DNA from: a virus
Length of the DNA: 64,000 nt
Reading direction: 5' to 3' (one strand)
Virus record (IMG/VR): IMGVR_UViG_3300033183_000058
Coordinates: 9,854 to 73,853 of that record
The notes under the pieces are model-generated. The model worked only from the letters and a program-made list of their open reading frames with translations. It made no database searches and was not told the DNA's origin. The stretch's first letter is position 1; every line of letters begins with the position of its first letter. Below are positions 1 through 8,282 of the stretch, piece by piece. The position numbers and the translations under genes were made by a program.

Positions 1-648
1 TGTTATTCTAAGTTCTTTGAGTGTCTTGTGTAGATCGGATTCCCACCACTTGAAGAAGGCCTCAATGTAAGGATTATGCTGACCATAAGTATACAACTGA
101 CTACTGTCGTGAGTATGAGTAAAGTGGTTGCGGCCATCACTAACCAAGTTGGTATAACTACCTTTGAACTTAATGTCCCTAACCCAACTACTGCTAAAAG
201 CGGGGTTGCAATAACTACAAGCCAACTGGCAAGTCCTATCAAAAGCAATTTCCAAAGTTCTAAGTTCAACATCTTGTGTCCATTTAGTATGGTAAGCATC
301 GTCTAACTCCTTGTCCTCATATATAACTGTTTTATAAACTCTATCCGATATAGCATCCTTGCCCATATCTTCAATCTTCCAGCAGTATTCGCACCCTTTA
401 GGTCTCTCACCTGCCTGCATCATAGCACGTTCTTTTTTCTTTTGTTCTGTATTGTGTAATGCTTTTGGATTGCGTTCTACTTCTGTAGTAGTAATCTTGT
501 GTGGTAAAGGATGATGACAACTGGTAGTCATGCCACTGCCTAACCATATGGTAGCGTTATACCATTTGGCCGCACAGAAACTATCACTCTTAATATCAAT
601 GACTCTGCGTTTATATTCTAAGTCTGTTTCGTTATGCTTTTTTGGCAT
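1..648 (-). CDS. Radical SAM protein with N-terminal twitch/SPASM-like Cys domain (partial; runs off the window; absent from the ORF track)
   Basis: Manual translation from ATG at 648: MPKKHNETDLEYKRRV...FCAAKWYNATIWLGSGMTTSCHHP...CEYCW...FDRTCQLACSYCNP (CxxxCxxC). No stop before position 1. Paralog of 632..2062. Confidence 0.9.
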   Translation of the reverse strand, partial: MPKKHNETDLEYKRRVIDIKSDSFCAAKWYNATIWLGSGMTTSCHHPLPHKITTTEVERNPKALHNTEQKKKERAMMQAGERPKGCEYCWKIEDMGKDAISDRVYKTVIYEDKELDDAYHTKWTQDVELRTLEIAFDRTCQLACSYCNPAFSSSWVRDIKFKGSYTNLVSDGRNHFTHTHDSSQLYTYGQHNPYIEAFFKWWESDLHKTLKELRIT

Positions 649-2062
649 ATTGTTCACACTCCTTCCACCATGCAGACATTTCTGGAAATGTCTTTAAAAA
701 GTCAGTGCCTCTCCTTCGATCGTGTTCACTAAAGTATCTATAGAAATCTGCTTTTTGTTTATTTTTATAGTTATCATCTAACTGTTGGCCTGATCTCATC
801 CAAGTGATATCTCTGTCAAGTCTTTTTATTTCGTAGTCTTTAAACCCTTTAAATCTAGTTTCTTCTGTTTCATGCCACTTAACCATCCAGGCCCATAGTC
901 TTTCTAGTTTATCAACATATGGTTCAGGCAGTAAGTCCATACGCATCCACTCAGGTGTTCTCAATATAGGTGTGTCAAACCACACACGTTGATATGTGTT
1001 TGAATGCACTTGTCTAAGTCCGTGTATACCTGCAAACAAGTTTTCAACTGATGTAACATTTAAGTTATTCATAGTTATGATAAATGTTATGCTTGAACGT
1101 TCTGGCACTTCAAACAAGAACTGATTAACACGTTCCCATAACAGTTTAAAGTCTAGTCCATCTCTGATATATTCTGCTTGTTCGCCAAACCCGTCCACAC
1201 TCACATACTGCATAAAGTGTTCTACATTATCATCTGCACATATCTTTTTAACATAACCTAAATACTTTTGCCATAGTTTTTCATCTACTGAAAAGTTTGA
1301 AGTTACATTTAAATGTAAGTCTGGTTTAGGGTTTTCTAAAACATAATCAAATACCTTGAAGGTATTCTTGTCCATTAAAGGTTCTCCGCCTGTCATGCGG
1401 AAGTGTTTAAGTTCAGGGTAAAGATCAGGCCACCAATCCCAAAACGCAGTTAGGTATGGATTGTGTTCTCGGAAAGGTATAGGCTTTCTCCTACCCTGAA
1501 AATAGTTAGGGTCATTGTGTGGCGTTGATGTTGGCCACGCACCCAATTCGTTTGACTCTTTCTCCCACGCTGTAGAGTATTGTGGTGAGCAGTAAGAGCA
1601 TTTTAAATTACAGTTGTGATTAAAGTTAACTTCTACATAACTTGGTATAACATCTTGATCCCAAGGTGCGTTAACTATTTCATTAAATGATTCTGCGGCC
1701 CAAGGTTCACCTGAGCGATAGTGCCTGTCGCTGAGTTTACCATTGTCTTCCATAGTCCAACAGTAACTACATTCTTCTGGGCGTTGCCCTTCTAACATCT
1801 GCTTACGTGCAGATTTCTTTTGTGCTGTATTATGTAAGGCACTAGGATGAAACTCTAAAGGTTTAACATCTATTTCATGTAAGGGTGGATGGTAGCATGA
1901 GTTAGTCATGCCCGTGGTGAGATGTAGGCTAACCTGTTTCCATTTAGCCAAGCACATACTAGGACTTACTGTGTCTAACTGTTCTTTAGCAACTTCTGCG
2001 TCACTTAAGAACTTAGACTTAAAGTCCTTGTTTACTTCATCACCTTTATTTTGAATAGACAT
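632..2062 (-). CDS. Radical SAM protein with N-terminal twitch/SPASM-like domain
   Basis: CNLKCSYC motif and MTGGEP motif; N-terminal CLAKW..SCYHP..CSYCW auxiliary cysteines. Confidence 0.9.
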   Translation of the reverse strand: MSIQNKGDEVNKDFKSKFLSDAEVAKEQLDTVSPSMCLAKWKQVSLHLTTGMTNSCYHPPLHEIDVKPLEFHPSALHNTAQKKSARKQMLEGQRPEECSYCWTMEDNGKLSDRHYRSGEPWAAESFNEIVNAPWDQDVIPSYVEVNFNHNCNLKCSYCSPQYSTAWEKESNELGAWPTSTPHNDPNYFQGRRKPIPFREHNPYLTAFWDWWPDLYPELKHFRMTGGEPLMDKNTFKVFDYVLENPKPDLHLNVTSNFSVDEKLWQKYLGYVKKICADDNVEHFMQYVSVDGFGEQAEYIRDGLDFKLLWERVNQFLFEVPERSSITFIITMNNLNVTSVENLFAGIHGLRQVHSNTYQRVWFDTPILRTPEWMRMDLLPEPYVDKLERLWAWMVKWHETEETRFKGFKDYEIKRLDRDITWMRSGQQLDDNYKNKQKADFYRYFSEHDRRRGTDFLKTFPEMSAWWKECEQYAKKA

Positions 2063-2957
2063 CTACTTCTCTTACCATAGGCCCTTGGTTACGCCAATTT
2101 GATCTATAGTGTCTTTTGAAAAACTTACTTTGTTCTTGATCTAGTTCTACCACATCCAGATCTAATCTACTGAGTTCTTTAGCATTCTCTCTTGCTATCT
2201 GATCTGGATCTTGTGATTGCATTTCCGTCCATAACTTTTCCAAGTTATCAAACCATTGAACTTCTGTATGATCCCACTCACTTAACATAGTCATTAGTGT
2301 GCCTTGTCTGGCTCCTGCTATTGCCCATATACCATTTTCAACATCACGGCCTACTGTGTGCCATATGTTGAGATTATCTAAGTTACGTTTATGAGCTCTA
2401 TCTTTAAATTTATTTATTGTTGGTTTATGTCCTCGATCTAAACACATCTTAACACCTTCGCGGAATCCTGCACGCCATGCTTGGAAAGGTGTAGCATTAG
2501 GGTATGTAACTGAGTAGCAATCGTGCATGGCCCAGTATAAAGGATCAAAACAAAACTCTACATTAGTATCATCACTACCGTCACTGTTCTCATGTGTTTT
2601 CATATTATAGACAAAGTCTTTGGTCCATGAACTAAGTCCACCGTTGCCATACATTAATCCATTTATATGATTACGAGCTCTCCAACGGAACACTGCCTTT
2701 TCATAATCCTCATCTTTGAGTTCTAGTGTAAGATCAAAGAAGTCCGGGCTAGGCATATTGTCACCATCTATTAGGATAAATCTATCTGTATTACTAGCAT
2801 CAGCCGCGGCTTTGTGTGCGGCGTCCGATCCTTTAACACCGTCTACACGAGTTGCCCATGGAATCATATTTTTAATTTGAACCCAAAACTCTTCCTTTTG
2901 TGGTTCATCATAACTTAAGTATATGCAGTCTAAATCTGCTACATCAATCTCAGTCAT
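2046..2957 (-). CDS. Putative glycosyltransferase-like (GT-A fold) protein
   Basis: Hydrophobic strand followed by DxD (RFILIDGDN); N-terminal CIYLSYDEP; clustered with other GT-like genes. Confidence 0.55.
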   Translation of the reverse strand: MTEIDVADLDCIYLSYDEPQKEEFWVQIKNMIPWATRVDGVKGSDAAHKAAADASNTDRFILIDGDNMPSPDFFDLTLELKDEDYEKAVFRWRARNHINGLMYGNGGLSSWTKDFVYNMKTHENSDGSDDTNVEFCFDPLYWAMHDCYSVTYPNATPFQAWRAGFREGVKMCLDRGHKPTINKFKDRAHKRNLDNLNIWHTVGRDVENGIWAIAGARQGTLMTMLSEWDHTEVQWFDNLEKLWTEMQSQDPDQIARENAKELSRLDLDVVELDQEQSKFFKRHYRSNWRNQGPMVREVDVYSK

Positions 2958-3276
2958 AGTATTTTACTTTCCATTTCTGCCCTTGTCCTATTATAGTAAT
3001 GTCATCAACTAGTGTTTCTGTCCCCTCATCACTAGGAACAAGTTTACGATACTGCGTAATCTTATTTGGATTTACCAGTTTACCGTTTTCAACTTTAACA
3101 TCAACTCTACCTTCAAAAAACTCTTGCTTAGTGACAACAATATAACTACCTTCTAGCTCTTGTCTTGAATATTCCTTAGGAGTTCCGTCCTCATTATAGT
3201 ATAAACGATATTCATCTGATTGCTCTTGCCTTTTAACAGGCTGTCTATTTTTAATTACTTCCCAAAAGGCTGTCAT
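2950..3276 (-). CDS. Hypothetical protein
   Basis: 108-aa ORF overlapping both neighbours in an operon. Confidence 0.75.
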   Translation of the reverse strand: MTAFWEVIKNRQPVKRQEQSDEYRLYYNEDGTPKEYSRQELEGSYIVVTKQEFFEGRVDVKVENGKLVNPNKITQYRKLVPSDEGTETLVDDITIIGQGQKWKVKYYD

Positions 3277-4042
3277 AATGTTTCTCTAACACATCAGCAA
3301 AAGATTTGACTTGATAGTGTGTAGGTATTTGTTGTTGTATAGTCTGTATACGAAGTCCGCAATCTGTTAACTCCCACACAAGTTCTTTTGTCCAGTCTTC
3401 ACCATGACAAAAATTTATCTTGCCTTTCATGTGTGCAAACTGTGGATATGTGCTAGGTAGTAGGAAGTTTTCTCTACCTAGTAACACTATAGCTAATGCG
3501 TATACTGTATCAGTGTCTGGTTCAGATTGATCCCAATTACGCAATTTAACTTGATCCCAATTATCAAATAGTTCTCTACATGTTACAAAGAACTTAGCGG
3601 CTAATTCACTTCGTCTCCAATATGTTATTGCGTTATACACATCAGGTAGTTTGTTGTCATCTAAATGACGTCTATAGGTTCTATCTGTAGTCTTGTGCCC
3701 ATAAAAGTTTCTAGTGCCTTGTGCTATAAACACATCACGTTTTTCGACCATAGCCCACCAATGCTCTATTGAACCATTAAGAATCATATCTGCTTCTAGT
3801 TTAATAGTCTGACGAAAAGGTGTTGCTTCAAATATCTGCCAGTCATTTTTTAATCCGCCTTGGTCACCATAAGGTAAAGGTATTTCATAATCAAATATAG
3901 GATCTTGACAATCACCTACAACTGCTACTTTGGCTTTGGGCATAAAGTATTTTATTGACTTTGCAAGAGCTCTAGCACACGGGTGATATGTGTCGCCTTG
4001 TGCTACAATTAAATAACCTTGTTCTGCTTTAACTGCCTGCAC
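3251..4042 (-). CDS. Putative GT8-like glycosyltransferase
   Basis: GYLIVA...ARALAKSIK N-terminus; TPFRQTIKLEADM (DxD-like); late FAHMK His motif. Confidence 0.6.
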   Translation of the reverse strand: MQAVKAEQGYLIVAQGDTYHPCARALAKSIKYFMPKAKVAVVGDCQDPIFDYEIPLPYGDQGGLKNDWQIFEATPFRQTIKLEADMILNGSIEHWWAMVEKRDVFIAQGTRNFYGHKTTDRTYRRHLDDNKLPDVYNAITYWRRSELAAKFFVTCRELFDNWDQVKLRNWDQSEPDTDTVYALAIVLLGRENFLLPSTYPQFAHMKGKINFCHGEDWTKELVWELTDCGLRIQTIQQQIPTHYQVKSFADVLEKHYDSLLGSN

Positions 4043-4799
4043 AGATCGCCTCCATTGATTGTTTATTCATTACGTGAATATCTAAACCTTTAATATTTTG
4101 TATTACCGCTTTTTGTTGTAGGTATGTTATGTAAGATAAAACAAATGTATTTTCCTTCTCTCCAGATCTAACATCAACATCAGTGGTTGCTGTAACTAGT
4201 GGCCAAGGAATCGAATATTTGCTAGATTCTACATGTCCACCTAATAGGCCAAGTGCTATTGAAAATGCCCAATCATTACGAAAAGTCTTGCTGTCAAACT
4301 TATATAAAAATCCATAGTGTTTCCAATCTCGTTTGATCATCTCAACTGTGTCAAATACTTCTTTAGCAAAATTAGATCTATTAAAATACATCACTGTGGC
4401 CCAACGACTGGGAAACTTATGCTCACCAAATCTATCTAGTGCTATGAACTCTGCTCTCCTTGTTACATCTGTTGCTGTCTGATGAATCATAAAATCTTTG
4501 TCTGCGTCAAACAATAAATTTAATATTTCACTGTTAACAATGTAGTCAACATCTAGCACTATTGTTTCATCATAAGGACTATGATCCCAAGCACGATTGC
4601 GACTAGCATTATACCATAACTCTCCACCTTGGGTAGCATTGAATACTCTGGTGCCACCCAGTTCAGCATCATCTTGGTTTGATATAATTGTTGTGGGTAG
4701 ACCTAAGTATCTTTCAATACGTTCAGCAGACCATTTGGCCATAGAAAGATAATCCGTGGTGCCATTGTTAAATGCGTAGAGTAATACTCCTCGACTCAT
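4029..4799 (-). CDS. Putative GT8-like glycosyltransferase
   Basis: SPYDETIVLDVDY (DxD); RNDWAFSIA; IHVMNK; paralogous to 3251..4042. Confidence 0.65.
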   Translation of the reverse strand: MSRGVLLYAFNNGTTDYLSMAKWSAERIERYLGLPTTIISNQDDAELGGTRVFNATQGGELWYNASRNRAWDHSPYDETIVLDVDYIVNSEILNLLFDADKDFMIHQTATDVTRRAEFIALDRFGEHKFPSRWATVMYFNRSNFAKEVFDTVEMIKRDWKHYGFLYKFDSKTFRNDWAFSIALGLLGGHVESSKYSIPWPLVTATTDVDVRSGEKENTFVLSYITYLQQKAVIQNIKGLDIHVMNKQSMEAICAGS

Positions 4800-5095
4800 C
4801 GTTGTCTCGATTGTTCTGCTAGTTCAACACTCCAAGCATTTAACTGTTCTTGATGTCTCTGCTTGGCCTCTTTGAGTAAGGATGGTCTATCAACTTCTGT
4901 GGGATTATTAAATTCATCAAGTATGACCACAGTGTCTGTGTCAAATGATGATAATAGGACTATTAGATCTGCACCTGCACGGAACATGCCGCCTTGGTGT
5001 GCGAATAGTAGTTTTGCTTCGTATTTTTCACGCAAGACCTGTTTAGCGGCCTCGTGATCAAAACGAGCTTTGATCTTTTTGCTGATTGTATCCAT
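4796..5095 (-). CDS. Hypothetical protein
   Basis: 99-aa ORF with SD (TAAGGT), first gene of the GT/radical SAM operon. Confidence 0.75.
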   Translation of the reverse strand: MDTISKKIKARFDHEAAKQVLREKYEAKLLFAHQGGMFRAGADLIVLLSSFDTDTVVILDEFNNPTEVDRPSLLKEAKQRHQEQLNAWSVELAEQSRQR

Positions 5096-5123
5096 ACCTT
5101 ATTATAACACATACTTATCAGAC

Positions 5124-5154
5124 AAAAAGAAAGGCACCTAAAAAAGTGCCTTTC
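5124..5154 (-). terminator. Rho-independent terminator after the tail/fibre operon
   Basis: Perfect 9-bp stem GAAAGGCAC/GTGCCTTTC followed by a U-tract on the minus strand. Confidence 0.8.
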
Positions 5155-5172
5155 AATTCTACCAAAAACTTA

Positions 5173-6180
5173 TTATAATGCTTCTTGTGTTGATATTGTT
5201 GGTGTTCCCCATGCCGCACTTGTTAAGTAAGTTGAGCTTGGGTAGATAAAGTTAACATTTGATGTTAATGTTCCATTAACGATATCTAATGAAGCAGGGT
5301 TTGTGCCCGGTGTTGGGTAAGTTGGGTTACCTGTGTCAGCCGCCGCATCAACAAAAGTTGTTCTAATGTCAATGTAGGTTGCTGAGCCAGCCGCCGCATT
5401 AGTAAATGCTTCAATCTTAATATAGTTTGCTGTGTATGGTGCTGTGTCAGCATACTTAATGATTAATTGTGTTGCTGAAGTTGTTAGGTCATATACATCA
5501 ACTGTTGCTTTTGATGAACCTCCACCACCTGCACCACCACCAACCTGTGTAACACCTGTTAGTGCCTGTGAGTTAACAGTGTGGCTAGTTGAGCCTGATA
5601 AGTAGATTGTGCCCATCTTAGAGCATAAATCTGTCCATTCAGTGTTCTTGTTGCTTGATGTGCCACCTGAACGTGAATATGTCATTCTGATCAAACCACC
5701 TGCATTAAAGAAGTATCTTAATGCGTTTGCTGATGCAAATGTCACACGCTGTGTGGTGTTAACTGAAGTCGTCCAGTTTGATGTTCTTGACGAAGCACCG
5801 CTGGTTGTCACGGTCGAACCCGAAGCCGCCGCATCCAATCTTGATGTTGTTATGGTTGCTAAGTCAGTGGCCACTGTTGCCAGTGCTGTAATAGTGTCAC
5901 CAGCTGATAAACTTGTATAGTTAGTCACTGTTGAACCTTGGTGCGCCGCAATATTTTCAATTCTTGATAAGAAGTTGTCCCATTGTGTCGCTGTAATTGT
6001 TGATCCTGCTGATACTGAACTTAGTGTTGAGCCTGTCTCACCGTAACCTTTGTCAAGTGTTCCAGCACCCCATAACGTGTTAACGTTGTTTACACTATTG
6101 TCGCCAGTGCCAGCCGCATTACCTGTGACAAACGTATTATATTCGTCGTCTAGTATTGTATCGCCTGCTGTATATGCCAT
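5173..6180 (-). CDS. Virion structural protein (tail/baseplate-associated)
   Basis: Ser/Thr/Gly/Ala-rich; MAY- start; YFFNAGG motif; lies in the baseplate operon. Confidence 0.65.
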   Translation of the reverse strand: MAYTAGDTILDDEYNTFVTGNAAGTGDNSVNNVNTLWGAGTLDKGYGETGSTLSSVSAGSTITATQWDNFLSRIENIAAHQGSTVTNYTSLSAGDTITALATVATDLATITTSRLDAAASGSTVTTSGASSRTSNWTTSVNTTQRVTFASANALRYFFNAGGLIRMTYSRSGGTSSNKNTEWTDLCSKMGTIYLSGSTSHTVNSQALTGVTQVGGGAGGGGSSKATVDVYDLTTSATQLIIKYADTAPYTANYIKIEAFTNAAAGSATYIDIRTTFVDAAADTGNPTYPTPGTNPASLDIVNGTLTSNVNFIYPSSTYLTSAAWGTPTISTQEAL

Positions 6181-6207
6181 TTGTTATGTTCCTCTATATT
6201 ACTTATA

Positions 6208-7560
6208 TTAGTGAGATACTGTGACAACTGCTAACACAGTGCCTTCTTCACTTGATGTTTTAGTTTCTAGTGCTCTGCCAATAACGTTAAATGGCGTAAT
6301 TTCATCTGCTAAAGCCGCCTTTGCTTTACCATTACCTGCTGATACTAGTCTATCACCTTTGTTCACTGTGCCAATAACTCTCACAGGAACTCGACCGTTC
6401 ATAGCGATTGGTGGGTGAGTTTCGTTATTACCTGCACCTGAGTTCATTAAGTAAGCCGCCGCTGTTGATATAACACCGAACACTTGATCACTTAATGCAT
6501 CTTGTGCCATTGTAATTTCTTTTACACCGCCTAGTTCTACAACTGTGCCTGCTGGATATACTGTGTCTGCTTCAAATCTTTCAGCCAAGTCAGAGTATTC
6601 AGCGGCCGACGCTGTTCCGTTAAAGTTAACAGCATATACGTTGTTATACTGTAAACTTGTAGTGCCTAAGTCAATAGTTGCGTTAGCACCTGGATTCATT
6701 GCTGAAGTAGCGCCATCAAAGTTAACAACAGTTGTTGTTGAACCACCATCGTTGACTTTAATTGAAATATCACCGTCTTGTGTTTGGTTTGCAATAGAGA
6801 TATCAGTGCCGGATACGCTTACTCTGAAGTCACTGTCTACACCAACTGCTAGACCTGTGTCATTTAACACGCCTAATGTGCCTGATGTTGTGTCGTTTGC
6901 AATAGCACTTAAGAAGTCTGTTGAATCTAAACTATCTAATGTTTGTGCGTTTGTAGCATTACCTTTAAACACAGCATTTGAAACTGATGAGCTTAATTGT
7001 ATACCTGGGCCAATTGTTGCAAAACCAGTGATGGCTGTTCCTGGTGTAAATGTTGCGTCTTTAGATACTGTTGCTACAATATCATCTTCAACATACATTT
7101 TAACAACAACGTGGTCAACTGCTACGTTATCTTCTACAGTGTCAACAATAGCACCTGAAGTTCCTGTGCCTGCTGTAAATGAAGGACCAACTAAAATAAA
7201 TGCTGAACCATCATATACTTTTAACTGTGCATTTGCTGAGTCAAACCATAAGTCACCAGCAACGTTTGATGTTGGTTGTGTAGCAGAACTTGTAGCTGAA
7301 CCTAGGTTCTTAAATGTTGTTCCGTTATAAACTTTTAATAATGAATTTGATTTATCAAACCATAGTTGACCTGTTAATGGGTCACTTGGTGCTGTTGTAT
7401 TAGCACCGCTTTCAAGTAGTTTCACTACGTTTTCGTTTAAGAACTCGCCGTAACCAGCGTAGTTCTTACCTACTAGTGTAAGTGAACTATCAGTATTGAT
7501 AGTGCCGTCTGCGACTGTGGCAAAGATCGTTCCATCAGTTAAATTAATTGTATAAGCCAT
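6208..7560 (-). CDS. Baseplate wedge/short tail fibre protein with C-terminal putative autocleaving chaperone domain
   Basis: N-terminal LTLVGKNYAGYGE..NEN; repeated GQLWFD...LKVYNG modules; C-terminal YSDLAERFEAD...GRVPVRV. Confidence 0.7.
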   Translation of the reverse strand: MAYTINLTDGTIFATVADGTINTDSSLTLVGKNYAGYGEFLNENVVKLLESGANTTAPSDPLTGQLWFDKSNSLLKVYNGTTFKNLGSATSSATQPTSNVAGDLWFDSANAQLKVYDGSAFILVGPSFTAGTGTSGAIVDTVEDNVAVDHVVVKMYVEDDIVATVSKDATFTPGTAITGFATIGPGIQLSSSVSNAVFKGNATNAQTLDSLDSTDFLSAIANDTTSGTLGVLNDTGLAVGVDSDFRVSVSGTDISIANQTQDGDISIKVNDGGSTTTVVNFDGATSAMNPGANATIDLGTTSLQYNNVYAVNFNGTASAAEYSDLAERFEADTVYPAGTVVELGGVKEITMAQDALSDQVFGVISTAAAYLMNSGAGNNETHPPIAMNGRVPVRVIGTVNKGDRLVSAGNGKAKAALADEITPFNVIGRALETKTSSEEGTVLAVVTVSH

Positions 7561-7617
7561 CTCTTATTACTCCGTATCCTTATTGTATTATTTATCAGAC
7601 CTATTAACTAAGCACAT

Positions 7618-8268
7618 TTAAGTGGTGCTCAAATTGGTCAATGTTTGTATTCGCACCGTATAATCAATTTGAATCTGTCTGTTCAATGACTTTTGAACAG
7701 GGTGGAATACTACGTGTGTTACCAAGTCAAGGTCTGATGTTGATCCTTGCCATGTTTTTAATCCTAATTCATCAAACACATAATCGCCATCTAGGTTTGT
7801 TGAATTATCAAAAGCCTGCTGTCCGCTAGGCTCACCATAGTCTAGTAAGCAACTTACTAAAATGTCAGTATATACTTTACCTGATGTATGTAACACTGTC
7901 AACTTATTTCGAGTAGAATCAGTGTTTGCTGATGATGTATCATCGACTACCTTTTGATAAGTTTGATTATACAAGTCAGCATTTTGTCCTGTAACGTTTG
8001 GTGGTAGATATGTAATAACACCTGTAGTGTCTACACTTGATCCGCCATTACCAAATGCCATTTGATAAATGTATCCTTTATCCTTGTTAGCCATTGATTG
8101 TGCTAGGCTATTAGAGAAGTTTTCATAATGGATAGCGTTACGCTTGTCTACCATAACTTCTTTAGAGTTTGGGTCAAAGATCTTTAAGTGTCCTTGAATA
8201 AGGATACCACCGTTCTCGTCTGGTTTTTTATTTTCGTCTGTCATTTTAGTTTCTTGTGTTTGTTCCAT
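7618..8268 (-). CDS. Baseplate/tail structural protein
   Basis: Beta-rich (FDELGL, HVVFHPVQKSLNR); directly downstream of the giant wedge gene. The start is more likely the ATG at 8268, just after a late promoter, than 8283. Confidence 0.65.
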   Translation of the reverse strand: MEQTQETKMTDENKKPDENGGILIQGHLKIFDPNSKEVMVDKRNAIHYENFSNSLAQSMANKDKGYIYQMAFGNGGSSVDTTGVITYLPPNVTGQNADLYNQTYQKVVDDTSSANTDSTRNKLTVLHTSGKVYTDILVSCLLDYGEPSGQQAFDNSTNLDGDYVFDELGLKTWQGSTSDLDLVTHVVFHPVQKSLNRQIQIDYTVRIQTLTNLSTT

Positions 8269-8282
8269 ACTATATTTATCCA

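Noticed and set aside
3-306. ORF-track entries 3..299 (-) and 76..306 (+)
   Set aside because: Both overlap the real radical SAM frame 1..648 (-), which the track missed because it has no stop in the window
6545-7330. Long antisense ORFs (also 26399..26809, 44360..45019, 58738..59163, 59614..60282 and similar)
   Set aside because: Shadow frames opposite well-supported genes, caused by codon bias and low-complexity Thr/Gly/Ala content; no SD or recognisable motifs
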